From: Lama glama
Lineage: Eukaryota
Direction of reading: 5' to 3'
Assembly (NCBI GenBank): GCA_028534125.1
Contig: CM052817.1
Location: 77,936,001-78,000,000 of the forward strand
DNA length: 64,000 nt
Shown: positions 1-12,400 of the stretch, one piece after another
How positions within the stretch are numbered: the stretch's first letter is position 1
Layout of the letters: each line of letters starts with the position of its first letter
Made by a program: the position numbers and the translations under genes
The notes under the pieces: model-generated
Told to the model about the DNA's origin: nothing
What the model saw: only the letters and a program-made list of their open reading frames with translations
Database searches by the model: none

Positions 1-496
1 TGGAAAATTTCAGTTTGCCATTATGCTTGATCTATAGGCCTCTGATCTCTTCACTTTCAAGTGGATTAGGTACAGATTTGACAGTATTTCCCTGTTCAAA
101 AATCTCCAGTTGTTCCCTATTTGTTTTAAATTTTTTTTTCACCAAATATTAAAAACGATTGCCAGCAGAGACTTAGTTCTATTGGTTCACATATGGATAA
201 AAGGGTATAAAATTATTTTGACATTAAAGTACTGCATTTCTTCCACATCAGTCATTTGTTTGGCAGTATACTCTAAAATCTCCTTGAGCATCAAGATCGA
301 ATGCATCAAATATATCAGTCTTCATGTGTTGTGGATCAATTCTTGAGAATCTTCTCTACACCCTCAGGAGATCGTTTGAAGCTGTTCAAGAGATTGACTT
401 TTTGAAACTTACCTACAAATACTTCAAGGACATACTTGTACATTTTGTCAGTAGCTTGAGATGCTCCTGAATCTTTTTAAAGTCCTTAATTCTGCT

Positions 497-850
497 TTTA
501 AAATTTGTTTTCCAGTTTTACTGAGCTGTAATTGACACAGAATATTGAATAAGTTTAAGGTGTACACATGTTGATTTAATATGCTTATATATTACAAATC
601 AGATCCACCACAGCATTGGCTAGGAGCTCCGTCCTGTCATATAATTACCATTTCTTTCATGTGGTGAGAACATTTAAGATCTACTCTCTTTGAAACTTTC
701 AAGTATATAATACAAGATAATTAGTTATAATCACTATGTTTATATAGTAGATCCCCAATGTTAATCTTACAACTGGAATTTATGTCCTTTGACCAGTATC
801 TCCCCATTTTCCCCACTCCCGAGCCCCAGCCCCTTTTAACCACTACTCTT
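497..850 (-). mobile_element. L1 3' end fragment (L1MA-like)
   Basis: T-rich tail then typical antisense L1MA 3'UTR text: aagtttaaggtgtaca, gtggtgagaacatttaagatctactctct, ctttgaccagtatctcccc. Confidence 0.85.
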
Positions 851-1269
851 GACCCTTATTACTGTGTGTTCATTTCTGTACTCATATGTTTGTCACCATT
901 TTGTCTGAGATACCAACCACTGTGTGTGATGTGCCAGATGTTATAGACATGATACTACACAAAAATGGATATGATTTTTATTCTTATCTAGCTTATCAAC
1001 TAGCCTTCTTCACCATTTGGAGTTGAAACATATATTTTTATTGTATATTCTATTTCTAGAACTTGAAGATCATTTTTGTTGCTGGAGAAAAATAAAATTA
1101 TGTTGTCTGTTAGCAAGTTGCTCTCTTCTCCAAGCAGTCAGGTCCTTCTTTGCCTGCCTTTTCTTTCCTCATTGCCTAAAATATGATGAAAAAGTACTTT
1201 ATGTTGTCCTAAGCATTTTTCACAAGTCTCAGCTCATTTTGAACGTAGCTCTTTTGACACTGATTTGAA

Positions 1270-1525
1270 ACATATTGTATATATAGCTGTGCATGTTTTT
1301 TAACTTTATGGTGTATTATACATATTGTTCCATTTAATTAAGTATAACCTGAAAACATGTTATTTAATATCTGTTTAATAGTCCATCTTATTTAACCATC
1401 CTCTATTTGGGGCTATTTGGTTTGAGTCCAATATTTTTTTTGCCTTATTCTGCAATTTTAAATAATGCTTCTGTGAACATCCTGGTACATAATTCTTTGC
1501 CTGCATTTCTGATTATTTCCTTATG
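1270..1525 (-). mobile_element. Old L1 (L1ME-like) 3' fragment
   Basis: Degenerate tttaaccatcctctatt...aataatgcttctgtgaacatcctggtacat...gattatttcctta, a typical antisense old-L1 3' region. Confidence 0.6.
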
Positions 1526-1784
1526 TTGTACTCCAGCCTCCAAATACTGTCCATTTCTTGTGCCCAGGGACTAAGTAGACTGGCTGTTTTTCCAATCTAT
1601 GTCCAGTGAATGTATTTTTCACTCAGTGATTTTTAGAACTTTCTTGATGACTGACCAGATGGAGTGTTGCCCATCTGTGCCTCGAAATCTTCCCCAGTCT
1701 CCTCCAACATATACCCTTGCAGCAAGCTAGGACACTGTGAGGACCCATACACCTTGCTGGTGATGATGGTAGGGCAGATGAACT

Positions 1785-1985
1785 CAAGTCTCTGTCCTGT
1801 CTTCCCACTCTCTGCCATGAGAGGACAGTGAGAAGGAGGCCGTCTGCAAGGCAGGAGAACTCTCACCAGGAACCCACTTGGCCCACACCTCGGTCTCAGA
1901 CTTTCCAGCCCCCAAACTGGGAGAAAATCAATTTCTGTTGTTTAAGTCACCTAGTCTATGGGATTTTTGTTATGGCAAATATACC
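1785..1985 (+). mobile_element. MaLR LTR, 3' half (MLT1A-like)
   Basis: gagaaggaggccgtctgcaag...ctttccagcc...aatttctgttgtttaagtcacctagtctatgg...tgttatggca, matching the MLT1 LTR 3' end. Confidence 0.85.
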
Positions 1986-3287
1986 ATTGAAGGCAACAAA
2001 TTTAGGATGTCTTATAAGTTGGAAAATGGCAATACACAGATGTTTTAGACTGCCGCTGAATATTAGCTTTAAAAAACCTGAAACCCCAAACCCCAAAGTT
2101 TAGCCAATTGCAGTAAAATATTTTGTCTCATGTTATTACTATTTCTTTAGTCTTGCTTCTTCTTTCTCACTTCTTCTCCTTTTTATTTATGTAGCATTTT
2201 ACAGATGAGTAAACCATGTAAACTATACATGCTATTTCAGCTTCAATCTTTCATTAAGGATTTTAACCTATAGTTCAAAGTAGGAAAGAATCAACTGATA
2301 ATCATTTCAAAGGGAGCCCTTTTTAAAGGTGTATATCCAGTCACTTGTATGGGTACTATTTTCAATCCTTGCTAACCAAGAAAAAAAATTGAATATGGAA
2401 TTTTCCCATTTAGTTCCTCTTTTTGGTTGACTCTTCTTAAGTTATGATACTACAACTTACGATTTTAATGAATTTTCTGGAATTCATTTTATGAATTTTC
2501 TAATGTTTCAGCTTTGCTTTGTGATCAAGGAGTAGGACGTTACTTATTCTCATATATTCTCAGTGGATCGTAAAGAGGAATTACTTACATTGAACCATTT
2601 TTCTGACACTTTGTGGCATGGGGTTTTCTTTGTTCATGTTGACTGATTTGCCTCATTAGCATACTGTTGTAAATGAATTGTTGGATCTAATTCATACCAG
2701 GAAATATTTGCCTTATGTGGCCACTGTGTGGCCTGGGATGTGTGAGCTGAGAAATCTATTAGGCTGTAAGTTTTCCTTTAGAGTGTTTGATGAACCCTCA
2801 GGTGCTGTTGAAAGTAAAGGATGAGACTGCTCTCAGGAAAACAAAGGTTTTATTACATTTTCTCAAGTAATGAGGATAGCTAGATAAAAGAAAAAAAAAA
2901 CAAAGCAGTAAAAGTCATACATGTAGTGCCATATGCCAACAAGAGGAATGACTGACCAGAGAAGAGTCCCCAGGGGGTCGCTGCTAGCTTACATTTATTT
3001 CCTCATGTAGCTAGTGGATCTTTCAGAAGAGAAATCAAGCGCCCTGACTCCCAACAAACAAATATATGTTCCTGGGGTTTGTGTGTTCCCCCCCCCATTA
3101 ATCCAGATTCTATTTTCAAATAAACAGAGTAGGCTTTATAGGTAGGAAATGAAACCTTGACTGGCAACAGATGATGTCTCAGGTGCTCGACAAAGCTATG
3201 TCATGACATTGTTATCCTCATCTCATTTTTTAAAAATTATAAGCAACAATGGCCAAATATCACTGGTGATTAAGACGACTATGAGAG

Positions 3288-3289
<2 letters not shown>

Positions 3290-3337
<48 letters not shown>
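3290..3337. repeat. (TATC)12 microsatellite
   Basis: Perfect tetranucleotide run read directly. Confidence 0.97.
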
Positions 3338-5008
3338 ATTGATAGGTATTGATTCCAGGGTTGATACCAAAGCAGATGTTCCAAATTCTTGGGTATTTTT
3401 ATTGGGTGAAAAGGTCTGGTAGACTTAAGGTAAAGTATCATCCTACTAAGATGGTCTGTTGCATCTGTGTTCTTCTGGAGTGGTAAACTGATGGAATTTT
3501 CAAGGCTAGAGCTGAAGAGGAGTTTTGGTTTCTATATTTTCCTGAAGATGGAGGCAGCAAGACTTCTTAAGATGCCAAGTTGAACATTTTGGATATGTAT
3601 TAAATGCCTGAGAAAATAAAGCTTTTGTTCAGAATTCTGCCCAGTGGGCTCAACTAACTCAGCCCCATAAGTGACCTTAGAACTATTGTTTATCACTCTC
3701 CTAACTCCCACATTTGAATGAAGACTGATTTTTTTTTTCCCTTTCAGTTCTACTAGAGAAATAGGACTGGGAACTCAACAAGCAGTCTAATGGGTGGTAC
3801 GTGTACTTGTATTTGTGCTAACTGGCTTCAGTAGCAAACACATTGAAATAAGTGTGGATGAGATGGAAATTCTAATCTGATTTAACTGGCGACTCACCAA
3901 GTAGAACTTCTCAGTGTAAAAAAGCAACTTGTGATTGCCATGAGAAAACACAACTTATTCTTCTATGCACTTGAATATTCTTTGTAAAAGAGTCTTACTT
4001 CTTAACAAAGCATAATAGGAGGTAGCTTCTTTCCCTGCACCGTGGCTGAAAGCAGCGTTTGTGATGTATACATTTATATAGTTAACTAAGAGGAGTTCTC
4101 AGATTAGACCGTAAGTTCACACATTCTCAGTGACGTCTCGAGTTAGGGAACCCCATCTCAGTTCTTTTTATGTATAGACGTGCCCTGCTTTGCTTACATC
4201 CATGTTTATAGAAAAATGCTCTCCTTTTCCAATATCCTTTATACATCTGGAATGGTTCAGGTAGGAGAACTCAGTCTCACACTTGTCTCTCATTATGACC
4301 TATTGTCTCTGAAGGCTGTAGATCTCTGTCAGGACTGGTATGGCAGCAGAGTCATGGTAGGGGGAGAGATAAAGCACCTTTCAGTAGGGAATCATTTTAT
4401 AGTTGAAGTCTAACCCAAGATGTCTTCACTGGTCTTCAGTACCATGACATTTTCTGTGTAACAGCAGTAAACTGCCAGGAAGCAGCCAATGATGGACACT
4501 GGTATTTCAATGCGTGGTGACCATACCATACAAAGTATTGTAGTGTCCCTCTTAGCATTGTGAAGAAGACACTGAAATTTTCACAGTGTTTAGGTGCCTT
4601 ACTTAGGTAGAGGAAACTCGGAAAAATGACTGACATAAGAATTTTAGAAATGGAGTCTGGGAACATTTAAGAACAGTGAAAGGAGCAGGTAAGAGTGCTC
4701 ACACTTCAAGATTCAGGAGACAGTTTGGCGTGATCTATAAGAGCAATGACAGGCATTTACATATGGAAGCAACACTCTAGATTCTCTGTGCCAGGGTCAA
4801 GCTAAATTTGTACCAGATAGAGTAGGCGGGTATCAGACAAGATCAGATCCTAAGGAGGCAAGTGAAATCTGTATCAGGAACAGAGTGGCCATCCATATGT
4901 GCTAAGAGGTGCAGGTAAGTAGTCAAGGATGGCTCTGAGAATCGTGTCAAAGGGTATGCTACCTTCCCAGATGTCTCCATGGTGAGGAAAGCAGAACACT
5001 CTGATGTA

Positions 5009-6110
5009 CAGTAGTCCCCCTTTATTCACAGGGTGATGTTCCAAGACCCCCAGTGGATTCCTGAAACCTCAGATAGTACCCAACAGGATAGATATTAATT
5101 TTTCCCTCTACATTTATACCTATGATAAAGTTTTATTTATATATTAGGCAAGATAAGAGGTGAACAACAACTAATCATAAAATATAAAAATTACAACAAT
5201 ATGCTGCAGGTAAAGTTATGTGACCATGGTCTCTCTCCTTAGCCAGCTTCCTCAGCCCTGTCTGAAATGTGGGAAATGTGGCAGTTTCTTCATCGGCAAG
5301 ATGCAGCCTCTCCAGTAGTTTTTGTATTTTTCAATCTAAACCTATTCCTGAATCTCTGTAACCACTGCTGACTTGCAGTAAATAGCTTGGTGTCACTCCA
5401 TTCAGAGGATCCCTTGTTGAAGTTTTGTAGAGGCTCCATGCTTTCTGGCACAACACATTGCTGTCAGTTGGAACACGTTTTCTGTTCATGTCCTCCATCC
5501 ACAAACTTAATGCCTTTTCCATCTTCGCTGAGTGCCTATCATGCACTGTGGCCATAACTTTTGCATTTGGAGGTGTGACAGCAAAACTAGCACGAATTTC
5601 TTTTTCCTTTTGTACAATTTCATGCATAAAAGAAGATTCGTTGTTACTGTAGATCTTAGTAACTTCAGCATACCGTTTTTTTCCTTTCCTGATTAAGCTG
5701 ATAGCATTCACATTTCATTTAAAGGATGCACTTAAACCGCATCTCTTTGGTATATCTGAATGGCTGGCAACACTAGCCATTGGCTTCAGGGCCATTATTA
5801 AGTTAAAGTAAGGGCTACTTGAACATAAGCACTGTGATACCACAACAGTCAATCCATCTTGATAACCAAGAAGCTACCTAGTGACTAACGGGAGGGATAC
5901 ACTGGACAAAGGAATGATTTACGTCAGGCAAGACAGAATAGGATGATGTGAGATTTCATCACACTACTCGGAATGGTACAAAATTTGAAACTTATGAATT
6001 GTTTATTTCTGGAATTTTCCATTTAATATTTTTGGATGTGTGTGTGTAGGGGGGGGCAGGTAGTAACTGAATCCTCCAAAAGCAAAACTGTGAGTAAGTG
6101 GGAACTATTG
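5009..6110 (-). mobile_element. Tigger7/MER44-family DNA transposon (TcMar-Tigger), internally deleted, ~1.1 kb
   Basis: Terminal inverted repeats cagtagtccccctttattcacag (5009) and ctgtgagtaagtgggaactattg (ends 6110), TA flanks at 5007-5008 and 6111-6112, MER44-like subterminal sequence and an internal transposase remnant. Confidence 0.93.
5240..5795 (-). pseudogene. Decayed N-terminal part of Tigger7 transposase (CENP-B-type HTH DNA-binding region); catalytic DDE region deleted
   Basis: ORF 5331-5711 reads LIRKGKKRYAEVTKIY...EIVQKEKEIRASFAV...KMEKALSLWMEDMNRKRVP, matching the pogo/Tigger HTH region. The ancestral ATG is near 5795 and frameshifts are present. Confidence 0.85.
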
Positions 6111-6339
6111 TAACCACTTTAAAAATTCATTTTGGTGCAGTCATTTTGACTGAGGAAAATCTCACCGCATAGTTTTGGTGACGCTACATCAAAATGATTC
6201 TGTGAAAATAGAAAAATTCCAGATTTTTACTGCCAAAAGATATCCCTTCTACTAACTCTATCTCTATTCCATGCCTTACTTGCAGGATTTTTCTTTCTCT
6301 TTTACTAATTGTTTTATTTTTAAACTTTTCATAACTGTG

Positions 6340-6520
6340 TTTTACTTGTATTTCAAATCTTCAACATGTTTTAAATTACAGAAGTAATATATGCTCCTGG
6401 AGGCAAATAAAAGATACAAAAATGTATAAACTAATATGGATAGGAAGGAAATGAACATTCTCTGACACTCCACCACCCCATTCCCACCTCCTAGAGAAAC
6501 CACCATTAATAATTTACTAC
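6340..6520 (-). mobile_element. Old L1 (L1ME-like) 3' end fragment
   Basis: ttttaaattacagaagtaatatatgctc...ctagagaaaccaccattaataatt. Confidence 0.5.
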
Positions 6521-7439
6521 ACCCATAGACTAGTCAGGGGAAATTTCCCGTACAGCTTTGAAAAACAAAGTTTTAGTTAAATCCTGGAGAGATAACCTGC
6601 CAGTGAAGTCTTTAGTAAGATGTTCTGCTGCAACTGTATGTAAAATTAAAATTAGATTGAAATTTTGGCTTATGCACTGAGATAATACACATTGATCTCC
6701 AAAGTGAAGTTAGAAAAATCTTGCTAAATTTTCAAAGGAAGTGTCAAAAACCAATGTTACTGTTTTTAAGCTTCTCACCTCTATCGCAAAGTATTAAAAG
6801 TTTAGGAGAATTAAAGATAAAGAGGAATATTTGAGAGAGAAGTGTCTGGATGCTGTAACTCTTCTAACCTATAGGATGAGCAGGATGGAGATATCTATCC
6901 CTTTATACTCAGTCAAGAGAAACGAACCTTGAAAAGACCTTGAAAAGTGTTGGACATAGTGAAGTCTCACCCTTGCCTGAGAAATCCAGTGGGTGAGGGA
7001 TCAAGTGTGATAAATTGGATGTCCTCGATGACTTGGAGTTAGTAAACACAATGTTTTTACTCGAAGTGATATAAAATTAATAATTTCATGATAAGTAATA
7101 CCACATTCATTGCTTAGCAATTCAGAAAGCTCACTTTATTTATGTTTTTAATTAATTAATTTTTTTGCTTTTCTAATTCCTCCGTTTATTTTATCTTTTG
7201 ACTGTTTCTCTGAGGTAAAACTCTTAATAAGGAAAAGTCCTTTGAAAATTCACTTTAAAAAATAATTTTTTGATATGTGAGACTTTAACTCTTAGTTTTG
7301 TTGGATATGTAACTTTCATATTCCAGAGTAAGAGGAAATAAAAACATACATACAAGTACACTCTTAAATCATTTAAAATACAAGGCCCTTTTGTATCATG
7401 TAATTTTTCTTTTCCATAAAACTTACAAATCTAGTTTGA

Positions 7440-7540
7440 AGGAAAAATATGTCAAAATGCATTGTAAGTATTGTATTATACACTTGAAATTGGTGAATTT
7501 TATTGTATATAATTTATGCTTTAATAAAGCTGATTAAAAT
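7440..7540 (+). mobile_element. Old L1 3' terminal fragment
   Basis: tatacacttgaaattggtgaattttattgtatataatttatgctttaataaagctg. Confidence 0.65.
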
Positions 7541-8344
7541 GCATTAGCTGGGAAAATCAGTTAAAAGTTATTAAACAGAGTAGAATAATGTAAGTTCCTG
7601 AAGCATAATTCAGAAATACCCTGGAAATGTGTGTTCATGATATTCATGTATGAAAACCTGGATAACCTAGTTATAAAATATAAAATTTTATCTTGCTTTG
7701 GGTCTGCACTAATCATTTATGTTTGCTGTCTTTTACGTTTACTTTCCCACTGATTTAACATTGAATCCTGGCACATCACATTTAGAAACTGAGCAATCAC
7801 TTTTTAAAATATGTGTTCTGTGCTTGCCAGATGGATCTGGAAGTTCTCCCAGTAATGCTTTCATTGTCATAACCCACTTCACAATTCCATCATGAATGAG
7901 GTCATTAGGGAATGACATCATTTTCAGTGCCTCCCAGACTGCAAGATTAAAAAAAATGCAATAACCTTTGTGTTTTAATTCATTTCTCTTACATAATTGT
8001 GTCCTAAGTTAGGCAAGACATAGTTCCTAAATCACACACACGTACAAACATGCAATGCAGCCTGAAATCACACAATTGGAGGAATTTCTAATGTTTGGTC
8101 GTGGGTGGTCATGACATGCTAAAGGTTCAGGAAATACTAAGGGCTATTTAAGGTAGTCCAACAGGAAGAGGCCACCAAGAGTGGGTAGATGAATGCAGAC
8201 GGGAAGTAAGAAAGCACTTCGGAGCTTTTCTGTCATTTTTCCTCCTTTAGGAGACTATATAGAAAGTTGCTGCTTTCTTTAAAATGAGGAATTATGTAAC
8301 AAAGCTTCAAAATTAAAATTCTCAGTTATTTTTTTCAGTCACAC

Positions 8345-8500
8345 AGTCATATATTCAACAAATATTCATGATTCATTTGTGATGTGTAATATATAGAATA
8401 TGATTGTTGGGTATTCAGTTGTGACTAAGATATGTTCTCTGCCTTCATGGAGCTAAAATTCTAGCTAGAGAAGTAATCGTTAACCAATTACAAAGATAAT
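8345..8500 (-). mobile_element. L2 3' fragment
   Basis: attcaacaaatatt...ctctgccttcatggagctaaaattctag. Confidence 0.7.
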
Positions 8501-8625
8501 TTAAAATGTTCAAATATGGGAGAGAAGGGGGTCAGGGCAACAATGGAGCTGTATTGCTTATATGCTCACAATCAGCAGACAGGTGTTATGGTGGGGACCA
8601 TTTAAAGATTCTATCCCGGTAACCT

Positions 8626-9106
8626 TGTCACTGAGCAAGGGCTTGCTGCCTGATGTGCACAGAAGGCAATATGATGGCACTGGCTTTTGAGAAAAGAAAG
8701 AACTTTATTGTGAGGTCAACAGACAAGGAGACAGGAGGCTAGGGTCTCAAATCTGTCCTTCTGACCCAGGGTTTGGGATGAAATTTAAGGGGTTAGAGGA
8801 ATTTCAAATTTGGAAGCCAATTAGCTGGTCTTGAATTAATCCATAAACTACTCATGCTGCTAGAAGCCAGATTTTCCTTACTGAAGGATGTCTTGCTTCC
8901 TAAAGGGCTCCAGTGGCAATATTTCTATTCTTTGAGTTCCACAGAATGATGATTCTTGCTTCCAAGGTTATCTTGGCAACATGGGTTCCTGTCTTGCACA
9001 AATGCAGTGCTGTCTCCATAAGATAACTCAGGGTTTAATCAATCAATTAGCCTATTTAAGGAGGCAAAACCAGTTTAAGCTGGTCAGTGTTTTATGTGCT
9101 ATTTCA
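8626..9106 (-). mobile_element. Solo LTR, ERV1-like
   Basis: ~480 bp bounded by TG...CA, with an antisense polyA signal (ctttattg, ~8703) near the left end and ERV1-like LTR text. TSD not clearly preserved. Confidence 0.7.
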
Positions 9107-9631
9107 GTCTGTTAATGTTAGATGCTTTGACAGCATTAAATAGACAGTTACAGAATGTCTGTTATATCCCAGCCACTGGCTGGCCTCGAGGTCTTGGCAT
9201 ATCTTATTGCAGTGCCCATATTGGTAATGACAGTGATAGTCATAAAGACACAAACGAACAGGACAAAGTTATGACCCCCGAACTCCTTTCTGTTTCCTGC
9301 TGGGTGGCCCTGGCCGTCCAGGTGTGTGCCAGAGATTATTGCAAATATGAATACTTATAGTTGCAGCTGCTCTGAGTTGGCTCAGTTGAGATAGGGGAGT
9401 GGAAGGTTTTCTTGTGCAGAGATACAACCTCCTAAACAGTGTCTATCGGTGATAGAAATCTAAAACAAGACTCAATACCATTTTTTAAAACAGACATTTT
9501 ATAAGTACCATAAATGATTTGCTTTTTTGGGAAAATGGCATGAGTGTACTGTCTTATTTTTACTGTTTTTACTGGGGATGTTTGCATCATAATTTTTGCA
9601 TCATTTGAAAAAATTATTGAAGTATGCATTT

Positions 9632-11851
9632 TGTAGGTTGTATTACTGTTCACAATTATACATGGTACCTCTTCCTCATAAACAGTTTCTATCTTCTGGC
9701 CCATTGCCATGGGACTTGCCTGCTTTCTGTTGTGAGGAGTATGTATTTTCCCTCCCTCCCCATTGATTTTGGATTTAACCATGTAATTTTCTCTGGTCAT
9801 TGGAATGTGAACAAATATGACTACATTATATCCACTTAGAAGCACTAAGTGAAACTCTAAACCTCAGCCTCTTTTCAAAATGTTACTTTTTTTCCACATA
9901 AGAACTTCAGCTTCCACCTGGATCTTCAAATAAGACCCAAGGAGCCGAGCCAAGCAGAGTCACCTTAGCTGCATCCATCCAGTAACTGCCCACATGAAAC
10001 ATTAACAAGATGCTTCTTTTTGTAAGCCCGTGAAATTTTACAGCTGTTACACAGCAAACTTGAAAAGTACAGAATTTGATGCTTAGAGGTGGAGCATTAC
10101 CATATAAAAACTTAAAATATGTGACAGTGATTCTGGGGGTGGGAGAGCCAGCAGTGAGGAAACTTTTTGGAGGCTAGAAAATTGGTGACACATTTTATGC
10201 AGTAGCAAAGCATTTGGTAAAACTGTTACCTGAGATAACTTGAAAGGCAAGCATGTATATAATGTACTTAAGGATTTCTGTAAAGAGGATTTGAAATGTT
10301 ACTAATGTGAATTGGTTGTTAGAAGCTGTGTTCGATAAGGTAACACAAGAAGGAAAATGATCTCAAACATCGGTGGCTTGTTCAACATAAGGGATGAAAA
10401 GGAAACTAAAGACTGAGAAACTCCAGGACTTACAGGGTAGGAAAAAACAAACTATTTCTCATCTCTAACTGGTTAAAAGATAAGCACTTTGAGCCACAAA
10501 GGCCAATTAAGACTCAGATTAAGACAGTTTAGGGACAAAGACAAAATTATTGACATGTGCACAAAACCTTTTGATTGGATTAATGTGCCCCTCAGTAACT
10601 CCTTTCAGTTGGACAAAATGGCTCAGGAAAAAGAAACCAAGGAAGTGATCTCTCAAAGCCTGATAAACTCAAATACCTGTACTTCAGTTTAGAGAGAGAA
10701 GCAGATTTGTAAAAGAATAGTGAGCGTATCTATCAGTACATGGAGCAGAATAGATCACATAAATATAAGAAAAGACAAGATACAAAGAAAAATTAAAAGA
10801 GTTTTAATGCCAAGAGTATTTCTAGCCTGAAATAGCAGGTGTGTGGCTTTTTGTATCTTAAAGTGACACGTGGACCACCAACTTTCTCTGGACAGGAAGA
10901 GGCCAAAAGCGCTCTCAGCTCCAAGGAAGGCCTATTTTCTAATTTTCTATTCAGATGTGATCACGGAGGTTAAAGGAAAAGGAAGGAAGAGGTTGGAGTC
11001 AGTAGCCCTGGAGTAAATTCTCTGAGGAGAGAATCCCAGACTCCTAATCAAAGACACTTCATTTCCCCTACCCCCAGTGCCCTCCTGCTTGCCCAGTGGG
11101 ATTTCAAAGCTTCTATGGACCAGTGAGTGCTCTGTGTTCTCCATTTTTTCCACCTTAAAGGGGAATGTTTATGTGTTTATCCTGCCTCTTTCCACATCTC
11201 TAGATGTGTGGAGTGCATCTAGAGAAGATCACTTGTCTACTTAGTTCGTATGTGTCCAAATCAAGAGGAGCTGTTTGGATTTGGTGTAGACAGGATCATG
11301 ACCGCCAAGGCCAATGTCTTAGTTGGTTGAAACTTTTAGGATGTCTTCCTTGTAGGTGTGAGTGAATTTTGTGTGAAGAAGTGTACAAAGTGAGTGTCTG
11401 TGACCAGGAAGGTGAACTGAGATAGGTTTTGTTCGCAATTACTTATGTCATCCTTCCAAGAGAGTGGATTATATATAAGGCCACTGCTGTGTGACCTGCT
11501 TGCCCCTCTGGGAGGAGTACACATCTCTGCCCTATGTTCTCTGGCCTTGGCCATGCAGCTCACTTTGTCCAGTGGAATAGGACATACGCCACAGATAAAC
11601 AGAAGCTTTGAGTGCAGTTATGTTGCTTACACAAGGCCTCTTGCTTTTCTCTCCTGTAAGTTTTTGAGATTGTCTCCTGAAGAGCTGCTTCTTTAGCATG
11701 GGTGCAGAAATGAGGAGATACGTGGAACTGAGACACACAGGAGCAAGCAGCTAACTCTTAGCCATTGGCCTGTAAAAAGAGCAAGAAATAGATGCTTAGT
11801 TATTAAGCCACTGAGATTTTGGATTATTTGTTGTGCAGCAAAACTAATACA
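9632..11851 (+). mobile_element. MaLR element with both LTRs and internal sequence (MLT1H/I-like LTR-int-LTR)
   Basis: 5' LTR ~9632-10071 and 3' LTR ~11418-11851 share blocks (tgttcacaatta/tgttcgcaatta, gaggagta, aagcccgtgaaatttt/aagccactgagatttt). The internal part starts with MLT-int-like gaatttgatgc...gtggagcattacc...aaatatgtg, and a purine-rich tract precedes the 3' LTR. Confidence 0.8.
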
Positions 11852-12209
11852 GTTAAGGGATTTTGCAATATTGATTTCTTTAGCTCCATGATTTGATCTT
11901 GATTTATAAACCTGAAGCATTTCAAAGAGAATTGATGGTGACGTTCATTACTGTTTTAAAAGCTTGCATAACTCTCATACTCATTTATTTGAACATAAAG
12001 TTTAATTTGTACCATGTCAATGATAGTTTAGATAAATTTTCATTTACTTAAAAGTCTCCTGCTATGATTTTGTTATCATACGGTTCTGTATTTCATGGCT
12101 GTATGTTAGAAGATATTTGGGAAGGAAAAATAATTTTATTTTTTCTGATTGTTATCTAGTGGCAAGAAGACTGTTTAATAATATGTGAGGTTTATCTAGA
12201 GCTCAGTAC

Positions 12210-12400
12210 GTCAATCATTGTGCTATATTCTGCACACTTATTATCTTAACACTGAAAAACTCTTCATAACAAAAAGTTCTACATTATTTCCCCAATAAAC
12301 ATCAGAGAAAGAGGTAATTTTTTCAAGGTCACACAGTTAGTAAGGTGGCAGACTTGAGACTCAAATCCAGATCCCAGACTCTTAATCCACGCTGCCTCGT
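12210..12400 (-). mobile_element. MIR SINE
   Basis: caaggtcacacagttagtaaggtggcagacttgagactcaaatccag, the antisense MIR core. Confidence 0.8.

Noticed and set aside
4795..4920. Perfect CAG|GTAAGT donor with a possible 120-nt exon
   Set aside because: Weak acceptor and stops in all three frames; isolated consensus donors are expected by chance in 64 kb
9432..9845. 137-aa minus-strand ORF
   Set aside because: Runs antisense through an MLT1 LTR into flank, so a chance frame
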